Source: Planctomycetota bacterium
GTDB lineage: Bacteria > Planctomycetota > UBA8108 > SXIK01
Assembly: GCA_965223265.1 (NCBI GenBank)
Contig: OZ244999.1
Span: 1,888,001 to 1,952,000, forward strand
DNA length: 64,000 bases
Direction of reading: 5' to 3'
The notes under the pieces are model-generated. The model made no database searches. It saw nothing but the letters and a program-made list of their open reading frames with translations, and was not told the DNA's origin. The translations under genes and the position numbers were made by a program. The first letter of the stretch is position 1; every line of letters begins with the position of its first letter. Shown here piece after piece: positions 18,579 through 27,068 of this stretch.

Positions 18579-20294
18579 TTACCAGCGGAACGTCAACGCG
18601 AAGTCGACGAGTGCGCGCTCGGCTTCGTCTGTGAAGGCGTACGAGACTCCGGCCGAGAGCGTCCAAGAGGAAGAAAGAACCCAATGGGTACGGACCGTGG
18701 TGTCGACGACCTCAAATTCGTTTCCGAATCCGTCCATCTCGATCAATCGAAACGAGACCGAGGGGTCGATGAGAAGGCGGTGCTTGAGGAAGGGGAGGTG
18801 GGCGGACAGGCGCCCGCCAAAGCCGTCGAGTGTCGGACTTTCGAAGTTAAAAACAGTGATCGTGGCGCTCGCGTCGCTCATAAACGGTAGGCCAAATCGT
18901 GTCAGGCTTACGTTCCAGCGGGGTGAGTAGTCGTCCACTTCCGAATCCGTCACCGAGATCTCTTCGCTCAAGCGGAGATTGAGCGGGAGATCATGAGACG
19001 CGCCCACAAAGTATCTCCAATAGCCTCGGTCCAGGAACTCTAGTTCGTCGAAGAAACTCAGCGGTAAGATTGACCTTTGAGCTGCCGTGTCAGGCAGCTC
19101 GAATCGATCGACACCTGCGCGCAGAGTAAACCACGAAGCGAACGGATAGGACCCGACGATGTCGAGTCGAGTCAATCGTGGTCCGTCTCGAGCTTCAGCA
19201 CCACCAACGTCGATGTCGACCTCGGCACTCGAGAGGATCGACAGCCGGCCGAGCTGTAGTAGCTGTTCGCTAAGCACCGCAAGGCGGTCAGCCTCGCCGT
19301 CGAAAAGAGAAAACAGGACGCCGGCGGTTCCGGAGTAGTAGACAGAGCCGTCGCCACCAGCCTCGACCGTGGTGTACGTTGCCGCTGTTGGCTCCTTGAC
19401 CGAGAGGTCGAGGTTCGACCTGGTCGGTTTCAAGCCGACCATGGCACCGAGATGCCATTTGTCGGTGAGTCGTTTCTCGACTTGAGCGCCATCGAGGAAT
19501 CCAACCGAAGGCAACTCTCGTGGAATGAATCGTCCGATGCGGACGAAGCTATGATCGTCGAATCGACGTGACATGACTAGACGATAGAGTTCGAGTCTCG
19601 GTTCTTGGAAGTCTCGAGTGTCTTCGAAGGCAACCCCATCTCGGTAGATGACGTTGCCAGACCATTCAAGTGACCAAGGCGTACCACGAATTCTGTCGAT
19701 ACTTCCCGACGAACCCACGTGCGTGGCAAACGCGTTGACGTCGTCGTCCGAAGTCAGTTGAAACAGTTGTCGGACGCTGAGTCGACCATGAAAAACGTTC
19801 TCCGTTTCGGTCTCCGCTACTTCTCCCATATCGGGCGGCGCTAGAAGGGGAACGAATTCGCCGTCGCGGTTCTCCCCCTTCAGTGTAGGGGAACGATCGC
19901 GGTCCGTCTCTTCTTTGCGAGTGATGTCACTCACCGTGAGGCTGAGTCGGTCTCCGGATCGCGGGAACACTTGCGGCTTGTCTGATAGGAGGCGGAGAAA
20001 CGTCGAGCGCGACGCGACGTTGACGATTTCGATTCGCGCGAGTTGTCGCCCGTCCATCTCAAGCCACCCTTGAGAGTTCTTCTTGAGTCCAGATTCCGTT
20101 CCTACATCGACGTAGATTCCGTCCGCGGTCTCGTACAGCATTTGGCAGTCGATCTTGATCCGCTCCTCGGCCGCTCCGACAGACCGATGCGAATGCGTCG
20201 CCACAGCGAACGCCAGCAGCGCGAGGGCTGCGGCGAAGCGACTTGGAGTCTGTGAGCGGAGTGGATCTTTTGCCATAGTAGCAAGCACGTTCAT
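18579..20294 (-). CDS. Putative outer-membrane beta-barrel (porin partner of the multiheme cytochromes)
   Basis: Signal peptide, many amphipathic beta-strands, a C-terminal aromatic beta-signal (VDFALTFRW), and position directly after two multiheme genes. Confidence 0.7.
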   Translation of the reverse strand: MNVLATMAKDPLRSQTPSRFAAALALLAFAVATHSHRSVGAAEERIKIDCQMLYETADGIYVDVGTESGLKKNSQGWLEMDGRQLARIEIVNVASRSTFLRLLSDKPQVFPRSGDRLSLTVSDITRKEETDRDRSPTLKGENRDGEFVPLLAPPDMGEVAETETENVFHGRLSVRQLFQLTSDDDVNAFATHVGSSGSIDRIRGTPWSLEWSGNVIYRDGVAFEDTRDFQEPRLELYRLVMSRRFDDHSFVRIGRFIPRELPSVGFLDGAQVEKRLTDKWHLGAMVGLKPTRSNLDLSVKEPTAATYTTVEAGGDGSVYYSGTAGVLFSLFDGEADRLAVLSEQLLQLGRLSILSSAEVDIDVGGAEARDGPRLTRLDIVGSYPFASWFTLRAGVDRFELPDTAAQRSILPLSFFDELEFLDRGYWRYFVGASHDLPLNLRLSEEISVTDSEVDDYSPRWNVSLTRFGLPFMSDASATITVFNFESPTLDGFGGRLSAHLPFLKHRLLIDPSVSFRLIEMDGFGNEFEVVDTTVRTHWVLSSSWTLSAGVSYAFTDEAERALVDFALTFRW

Positions 20295-20324
20295 GTCAGT
20301 CAGGCGATGACGTCGAGTCGAGGT

Positions 20325-21179
20325 TCACCGCCATGCGAAGATGTTGTGGCATTGAGCGCAGTCGGTTGAGAAGTTCTGTGCGACGTGGTTCGGCGCCGCG
20401 ATGTAGTCGTTTTGGTGGCACGCGAAACAATCTGGATTGAGACCGGCGAAGAGACCGTTGACATGGCACTGCGTGCAGTCGAGCCCTGCATGGCCTCCCA
20501 CCAGTGGGAAAAAGTCATGGTTGATCTCGTCCGCGTCCCAGTTGGAGGCGGTGTGGCAGCGTTCGCAGTCGACAACCCAGCCGTTGATCACGTGGTTGGG
20601 GAATGCCCTCGCGGCATCCAGCTGGTGGCACCCGTGACAATCAACGGGGGCACCGCGAAAGTCGCCGGATGTGGCTCGATCGTGGCAAGACTCACACGGA
20701 GCGAGGGCGTGAAGCCCGACGAGCGAGAATCGAGTCCGTGCGTGTTCGCCGATGATTCCTGTGGGATGCCATGTGCTTTGGTTGTGACATCGGGTGCATT
20801 CGCTACCGAGAGATCCCTTGTGCGAGTCGACGTGACAGCCGCCGCAGCCGCGGCTTAGGTAGACTTCGACGGGGCCGCGGTCGTTGTGGCACCTCAGGCA
20901 GGCGGCAGTGGTGTGCGCCCCTTCAAGTCGGTATCCCGTTTCTTTCTCGTGGTCAAAGTGGAAGTCTTCCCGGAGAACATCCCAGCGCTCCGGAATGTGG
21001 CAGATGCCGCAATCGCCAGGAAACTGGGTGTGGGGAACCATTGGACCCCACTTTCGACTCCAGCTCTGCTGCGGAACCACTGTCTCACATGTCAAAGAGA
21101 CAATGGCCCAACCAGCCCAGAGGACGACGGGAAAGAGCTTGCCGAAGCGACTAGCGCTGAGCGTCTTCGGGAATCTCAT
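20325..21179 (-). CDS. Decaheme c-type cytochrome
   Basis: 10 CxxCH motifs. GGAG SD before ATG 21179. Hydrophobic N-terminal signal ending VSLTC. Confidence 0.88.
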   Translation of the reverse strand: MRFPKTLSASRFGKLFPVVLWAGWAIVSLTCETVVPQQSWSRKWGPMVPHTQFPGDCGICHIPERWDVLREDFHFDHEKETGYRLEGAHTTAACLRCHNDRGPVEVYLSRGCGGCHVDSHKGSLGSECTRCHNQSTWHPTGIIGEHARTRFSLVGLHALAPCESCHDRATSGDFRGAPVDCHGCHQLDAARAFPNHVINGWVVDCERCHTASNWDADEINHDFFPLVGGHAGLDCTQCHVNGLFAGLNPDCFACHQNDYIAAPNHVAQNFSTDCAQCHNIFAWR

Positions 21180-22893
21180 GACAATCTCCACACACTCTTC
21201 CGATCGGCTTGTACTGCACGACGGCGCCGCCGTTGGGAAGTGCGACCTCCATGTGACAACGAGAACACTCAACCTTCGCGTGCACGCCTTCTAGGGAAAA
21301 ACGGGCTTGCGTGTTGTGATCGAAGATTGTTTCTTTCCAACTCTCAGTCGATGCGTGACAACGGCTGCAATTCTCTTGCCCGGACTCTGTGAATTGACCG
21401 TAGTGGGCGTCTTTGTGGCAGGAAGAACACTCCGTTGGCGTCTTTTTGTAGCGCCTCACGAGTGCGGAAGTGTCATGTAGGGGTGTGAGAATCTCGACAT
21501 GGCAGTCGTTGCACTCGGCCTTTGCATGAGCTCCTTTGAGCGGATACGACGTGCGCCGATCGTGATCGAAGGGACGAATCGAGAAGGTGTCGGCAACGCT
21601 TCCATGGCATGCGTCACAGTCTCCTTCGACCAGAGTGTCATGGAACTGATCGCCATGTGGGTTCTTGTGACAGAGCTTGCACTCTCGAGTGGTACCAACG
21701 AACTGCCGCGTGTGTGTTTGGAGGTTCGACGTGTGGCACGCAACGCATGCAGTTGCGGCGTGAGACCCTGTTAGCTCGTACACCTTTGCGTGATCGTCGT
21801 GGCTGAACAGGGTTGGCAAGAAACTATGGCTGTCGTGACAGTCGAGACAACGACCATACCTGTCGCTGAATTGTCCGCGATGGACATCCTCGTGACAGCC
21901 GCGACACATATCGGGCCGTCGCTGGTACCCAGGCGACGTCGGGTCGGGATGACGTTCGCTGAACGGCAGATCTGACGGATGACATCGATCGCATGAGACG
22001 CGGTCGTGCGGATGCGTCAAAGGAAAACCGGTCGCCGCGTGCTTCTCCGTTGTCATCCTGGTGATCGCCTGCCTCCACTGCGGGTGCGTTCCGTCATGAC
22101 AGCTTGAACAGTCGTCCGTGAATGGAGCGTGGTGCGGTGAGTTGTGGCACTCTACGCATGTCGTTCCTTGCACCTTGTCGAAGGGAAATGGCATCGGTTT
22201 TTTCGGTGTGTCGGGATGTGGAAGTACATGGCAGTCGCTGCATGGAAGCTGTTCGTGGCCTCCTTTGAGGGGAAAGTGCGTATCGTGTTGGAACTCAGTC
22301 GTTGGTCGAAAGACTTCTTGGCCATGGCAAGAGCTGCACTCACTCGATAGGCCGTCTGAGTGGATGTCTTCGTGGCAGCTGATGCAGTCTTGGTTTAAGC
22401 CGAGGAATGAGCGCTTGCGCGGGAAGTTGGGAAAACTGGGAAGAGAAAACGTGTCATCGCGTTGGGCGACGTGACATTCCTGACACTCCAGCCGAGCGTG
22501 CTTTCCGGTCAGATCGAACTGAACGTGTGGATGTTTGAACGCTTGGGAGCTCTGGGCTCCCCATGACAGCTTACTAACGAGCGGGAAGTCGGTGCCGAAG
22601 TGCTCGCCGTGGCACCCAGCGCACGAGACCTCCTTGCCCCCGAGTAGGAAGTGGTGGTATCCCGACTTCTCGTTCAGCTGCGAGGCGATCTCGGTATGAC
22701 AGTTGAGACACGCTTTTCCAACTCCGGACTCATCGTGACAGTTGCTGCAGCTTGCGAGCGTCGACATCCCTTCGATGCTTCCGTGCGTAGCCGACAGCTG
22801 GTTTGGCATCGGGGCGTTCACGGTCACCAGGGCGCCGAGGAGAAAGATGAGGACGGTGCCAATGATGAGGGGGGTGCGGGGATTCAGAAGCAT
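21151..22893 (-). CDS. 20-heme c-type cytochrome with N-terminal membrane anchor or signal
   Basis: 20 CxxCH motifs. ATG 22893 overlaps the upstream TGA (TGATG coupling). Confidence 0.9.
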   Translation of the reverse strand: MLLNPRTPLIIGTVLIFLLGALVTVNAPMPNQLSATHGSIEGMSTLASCSNCHDESGVGKACLNCHTEIASQLNEKSGYHHFLLGGKEVSCAGCHGEHFGTDFPLVSKLSWGAQSSQAFKHPHVQFDLTGKHARLECQECHVAQRDDTFSLPSFPNFPRKRSFLGLNQDCISCHEDIHSDGLSSECSSCHGQEVFRPTTEFQHDTHFPLKGGHEQLPCSDCHVLPHPDTPKKPMPFPFDKVQGTTCVECHNSPHHAPFTDDCSSCHDGTHPQWRQAITRMTTEKHAATGFPLTHPHDRVSCDRCHPSDLPFSERHPDPTSPGYQRRPDMCRGCHEDVHRGQFSDRYGRCLDCHDSHSFLPTLFSHDDHAKVYELTGSHAATACVACHTSNLQTHTRQFVGTTRECKLCHKNPHGDQFHDTLVEGDCDACHGSVADTFSIRPFDHDRRTSYPLKGAHAKAECNDCHVEILTPLHDTSALVRRYKKTPTECSSCHKDAHYGQFTESGQENCSRCHASTESWKETIFDHNTQARFSLEGVHAKVECSRCHMEVALPNGGAVVQYKPIGRVCGDCHEIPEDAQR

Positions 22894-24014
22894 CAGTTCC
22901 CCCCTCCAAAGATCCACAGATTGCCAAACTTCACAGCAATGAGGACGTGGAAGATCACAGCTGCAAGGAGGACGATGGCAAGCCAGCGATGAAGAAATCT
23001 CCACGCACCCATGAGCTTGTGCAGTTCACGGTAGCGAATCATCCACTCGCGCTCGGAGCACAGCCTCCTGACGAGCAGTAGAATGCTCTCGCCTCGTTCG
23101 CCGAGTTCGGGGTTGCGGAGAATTGATCGCTTGACGCGTTCGTACTCGCGTCGGGTCTCGTGGTCGCCTCGCAAAACTCGTATGATCGCTTGGATTAACC
23201 ATGGAGAACGTCCGCCTTTCGGAGTCGGTGCGTCGATGCGGAGCAGCTTGGGACTGACCCCCAGCGACATCAGCTTTCTCCGATAGACGATCAAGCGACG
23301 TCTGACGTCCTCAAATTCGAGTTCGCGCCCTTCGATTGAGCGTGGTACATGAGCGAAGAGGTAGCGCCCGATCACGCCGCTGGCGACGACGATGGCCATG
23401 GCGACCAGGGCGAGAGTTCCCACGGCGCTTGTTGGAACGAATGCTGCGTGAAAGAGCACGATAGCTGGTCCCAAGACGCCAGCGAACACGTGGAAGCCCA
23501 TCCACGCCTGCAGACTGCCGATACGGGCCAGGCTGACGAAGCGCTTCCGCAGAAGATACGCCAGGCTGGCGATCATGATGAGAGTACCGCCGATTCCGAG
23601 CGTCAGACCCAGCGGGCCTGACGGTCGCAGCAAGTGGTGATAGTAGTGGAATGGACGGTTTGCAGCCGGCAGGACATAGTAGCCCCAGCCGACAACGAAA
23701 AGAGTGAGCAACAACCCTGCAGCGGTGATCGCTGCGAATCTAGCGAGCCGCACGGGAGCGAGAAGCGTCCCAGCTGCAGCTTCCTCGAGTGCAATCTCTT
23801 CGCCGATCTCAGCGTCGAGCTCTCTTTCGATCTGTGCTAGTTCACGTTCGCGTCTCTGGACTCGTTTGGCGAGGAACTCATCCATTCGTCGGACGGCGGC
23901 GATGTCGACGTCGTCTGGAACGATCACGACCGGGATGTCGCCTTGGACATTGGACGTGTCGAAGGACGTAGCTGGTCGTCGTCGTCGTCGTCGTCCGTGT
24001 CGCGGTTCGCTCAT
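22893..24014 (-). CDS. Ferric-reductase/NOX-like di-heme b integral membrane protein
   Basis: About five TM helices with two H-x13-H pairs (FHVFAGVLGPAIVLFH and LHRWLAIVLLAAVIFH). ATGA overlap with the upstream reductase. Confidence 0.7.
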   Translation of the reverse strand: MSEPRHGRRRRRRPATSFDTSNVQGDIPVVIVPDDVDIAAVRRMDEFLAKRVQRRERELAQIERELDAEIGEEIALEEAAAGTLLAPVRLARFAAITAAGLLLTLFVVGWGYYVLPAANRPFHYYHHLLRPSGPLGLTLGIGGTLIMIASLAYLLRKRFVSLARIGSLQAWMGFHVFAGVLGPAIVLFHAAFVPTSAVGTLALVAMAIVVASGVIGRYLFAHVPRSIEGRELEFEDVRRRLIVYRRKLMSLGVSPKLLRIDAPTPKGGRSPWLIQAIIRVLRGDHETRREYERVKRSILRNPELGERGESILLLVRRLCSEREWMIRYRELHKLMGAWRFLHRWLAIVLLAAVIFHVLIAVKFGNLWIFGGGN

Positions 24015-25447
24015 GATTCCGTCGTCGTCACAGTCGCTGGTGATTCCGTTTCGGTCGACCCGTCACTTTCGCCACCGAACTGTATGCCAAGGCTATGTAG
24101 GAGCGGATAGGGTGGTTCGCCACCTGCGAAGATCAACGTGTAGTCATTCGGCAACTGTTTGTTGCGGCGTACGTCGTCTTTGCTGATCGAAAGCGTGACG
24201 CTGTCGGGATCGATTCTTTCCACGACGGAATTGAAGACTATCTTGACGCGTCCGTCTCTTGCATATCGCTCGATGCGTTCTTGGTTGCGTGCCTTCAGAC
24301 GAAAGAAGTTGTGGCGCCGATAGGATAGAGTGACAGTGTTTCCGTTTTGCTCCGCTAGTGCTGTAGCCGCTTCGATTGCGCTGTCGCCACCACCCACGAC
24401 GAGAATCTTCTCGTTGGTGTAGGTGGCCGCATCGACGAGTTGGTAGAGAACTTTCTCTTGATCCTCGCCGGGCACGCCGAGGCGTCGTGGAGTGCCGCGT
24501 CTTCCGAGCGTGAGAACAATTCGTTTGGCTCGAACGACGCCTTTTGAAGTCTGCGCCTCGAAGCATCCCTTGTCATGTTTGGCGCCGAGGAGCTTCACTC
24601 CAGAGTGGATTGTCAAGTCGAACTTTCGCGCGACGCTTTCCCAAAACTCGATCAACTCCTCCTTGAGGAACTCTCGTTTCTTGACGGGGCCGTAGAGCGG
24701 TAGGGTGACCGGACCCGTCAGCGTCAGCTTGCGACGTGGGTACTTTCGTACGGTGCCGCCTATGTCGTCCATGTCGATGGTGACGTGACTTAGGCCGCAT
24801 TCCTTGGCCCTGAGCGACGCAGCGAACCCGGCTGGGCCCGCGCCAACGATGAGGACGTCGAAGACGCCCGGGCGACGCGTTGACCCTCGGCTTCCTAGTT
24901 CGAGAGCGATCGCGCTGACGGCCTTCGTACCTTGTTCGACCGCGATGCGGATGAGTGCGAAACCGCCGAGCTCTCCGGCGATGTAGACTCCAGGAACGGA
25001 GGTCTCGAGCGACTCGGAGAGAGACGGAATATCTGTCCGAGACGAGATGTCTCCAAGGCTTACTTTAACCGCGTTGACCGGGCACACCTCTTCGCACAGC
25101 GCATGCCCGATGCAGCGTGAACCGTGGATGACTCGAGCAATGCCATCGACCAGTCCGAGGACACCATCCTCAGGACATGCGGCAACACAGCTACCGCAGC
25201 CGATGCACGCTTGTTCATCAATCTGAGGATGCTGCGCGATCGGACGGTCAGTGCCGCGTTCCTTGGCGTCACGCAGGTCTGCGATGACGCGTTCTCTCTG
25301 CAGGTCCTCGATCTTCTGCTGCCAAACACTAAGAAAAACGAGAAGTGCTGTCAGCAGAATGAGGACGCCTAGGACGATCAGAAAGTTCAACCTTACACTC
25401 CTCGATGCCGTCTCCCCTAGAACTGAGATCGGCAGAACAGAAACCAT
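24011..25447 (-). CDS. Membrane-anchored 2[4Fe-4S] ferredoxin fused to a TrxR-fold FAD/NAD(P)H oxidoreductase
   Basis: N-terminal TM helix, CIGCGSCVAACP and CIGHALCEEVCP, GAGPAG, GGGDSAIEAA, SYRR. The start is uncertain (ORF open from 25537). Confidence 0.85.
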   Translation of the reverse strand: MVSVLPISVLGETASRSVRLNFLIVLGVLILLTALLVFLSVWQQKIEDLQRERVIADLRDAKERGTDRPIAQHPQIDEQACIGCGSCVAACPEDGVLGLVDGIARVIHGSRCIGHALCEEVCPVNAVKVSLGDISSRTDIPSLSESLETSVPGVYIAGELGGFALIRIAVEQGTKAVSAIALELGSRGSTRRPGVFDVLIVGAGPAGFAASLRAKECGLSHVTIDMDDIGGTVRKYPRRKLTLTGPVTLPLYGPVKKREFLKEELIEFWESVARKFDLTIHSGVKLLGAKHDKGCFEAQTSKGVVRAKRIVLTLGRRGTPRRLGVPGEDQEKVLYQLVDAATYTNEKILVVGGGDSAIEAATALAEQNGNTVTLSYRRHNFFRLKARNQERIERYARDGRVKIVFNSVVERIDPDSVTLSISKDDVRRNKQLPNDYTLIFAGGEPPYPLLHSLGIQFGGESDGSTETESPATVTTTES

Positions 25448-25844
25448 TCTGCTGCCGCGAGTTGCTGCAAAGGCTATTCCGCATAAATGTCCGCTGACCA
25501 GCGACGAGCATCCGTCGTCGCGTACCGTTTTCAGCACGTAAAAAGCGGGTGCTGCGAGGCGAATTAGGCCTATCCAAGATCGCTATGGGTGGACGACCCT
25601 GGAATTCTGCCGTGAGAATTGTTGCGCCGATTCTCGGAACAGCTGCGGCGCGAGTAGCGGTAAAAACGCTGTAACCCACCTGCCGGATATCGTGAGACCC
25701 AAACGAAGCCGTTGCTGCTGAACTCCACGCTGTTTTCGCTCGCCTTTTCTTGTCGCCATGGGGTCTGATGTCGCGGTCGCTCGTTTTCCCAAGCTGCCGT
25801 TTCAGAGCCACGGCGGAAGTGTTGAACTCCTCTGAGGTGCTTCC

Positions 25845-26942
25845 ATGACTTCTACTTTTCACGTCAACCTGGTGAGAGTGGTCGTGACAGGGGCGGCGCT
25901 TTCGTGGTCTTCCTTGTCCGCCCGTGGGCCTGACTCACAAGCGTCGGACTCGACCTACGTTTGGGATCAGGTCACTTCGGACGCTCCTTTCGCTCCGCGC
26001 GACGGCGCAGGCGCACTCGTGTTTAAGGAGCGCATGTGGCTGCTCGGTGGCTGGAATCCTCGCGACAAGAAGCATTTTCCACGCATCTGCAACAATGAGG
26101 TGTGGAGCTCGGAGAATGGCTCGGATTGGACGCTCGTGAAGCCGAACACGTTTCTCGACGCGAGCTTCGACGCCAAGTCCGATTGGGAGGGGCGACACAC
26201 TGCTGGCTACGTCGTTTTCAAAGGCAAGATGTGGATCGTTGGAGGGGACGCTAACCAGGGGCACTACCAGAACGACATCTGGAACTCTGCCGACGGGCGA
26301 GTGTGGACCCGAATCGCCGACACGGTCGAGTGGGGGCCGCGCGTGCTTCACACAACCGTGGTGTTTGACGGGAAGATCTGGGTGATAGGTGGTCAGACCC
26401 TGCCGCAGTTTGCTGCGGCTGATCACCGTTTCTATGACGACGTCTGGAATTCAACGGACGGTGTTGATTGGCAGCAGGTCCGCGTCAGCGGCGCACCGCA
26501 GCCCGCACCGCATTGGGCGCCACGTGGCATGATCGGTGGGAATGTCGTGTTCAAGGGGCGTGTGTGGCTGCTCGGAGGGGGCGTCTATGACACTCCGAAG
26601 TTTCCGAAGCGGAAGTTTTTTCAAGACGTATGGAGCTCGCGTGATGGATTGCGGTGGACACGTCACGTCGAAAAGGCCCCATGGACGCCAAGGCAGTACC
26701 ACGAAGTCGCCGTTTTCGACGAGCGTATGTGGCTCCTCGAAGGCTGGAATCAGAGCAATCGACGCGATGTTTGGCATTCCGAAGATGGCGTTTCTTGGCG
26801 CGAGGTCCCGAACACACCGTGGGCACCACGACACGCCGCGAGCGTCTTCGTCTACAAGGACGCCCTGTGGGTCGTTGCTGGAAACAACATGCAGAGCGAT
26901 GTGTGGAAGCTCCAGCGGCGAGAGTCGACGGGGTCGCCTTGA
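25845..26942 (+). CDS. Secreted kelch-like beta-propeller protein
   Basis: Signal peptide and six repeats of the form W.PR....VF..KMW..GG...NDVW.S.DG..W. Confidence 0.8.
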   Translation: MTSTFHVNLVRVVVTGAALSWSSLSARGPDSQASDSTYVWDQVTSDAPFAPRDGAGALVFKERMWLLGGWNPRDKKHFPRICNNEVWSSENGSDWTLVKPNTFLDASFDAKSDWEGRHTAGYVVFKGKMWIVGGDANQGHYQNDIWNSADGRVWTRIADTVEWGPRVLHTTVVFDGKIWVIGGQTLPQFAAADHRFYDDVWNSTDGVDWQQVRVSGAPQPAPHWAPRGMIGGNVVFKGRVWLLGGGVYDTPKFPKRKFFQDVWSSRDGLRWTRHVEKAPWTPRQYHEVAVFDERMWLLEGWNQSNRRDVWHSEDGVSWREVPNTPWAPRHAASVFVYKDALWVVAGNNMQSDVWKLQRRESTGSP

Positions 26943-27068
26943 GTCTGGCTATCTATCGCTCGATGAGCGGTATCGATTCACCGGGGTTCGCATCGCCTCC
27001 GGGTTCTCTCTCGTCTCCAATCCGTCTTTTGCCTGGACTAAGAGATCGGCGCTGAGAGGGGGTGTAGG

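Noticed and set aside
18579-21179. Canonical MtrA/MtrB pair
   Set aside because: The decaheme has triheme-repeat spacing unlike MtrA/DmsE, and the barrel is shorter with no recognisable MtrB features.
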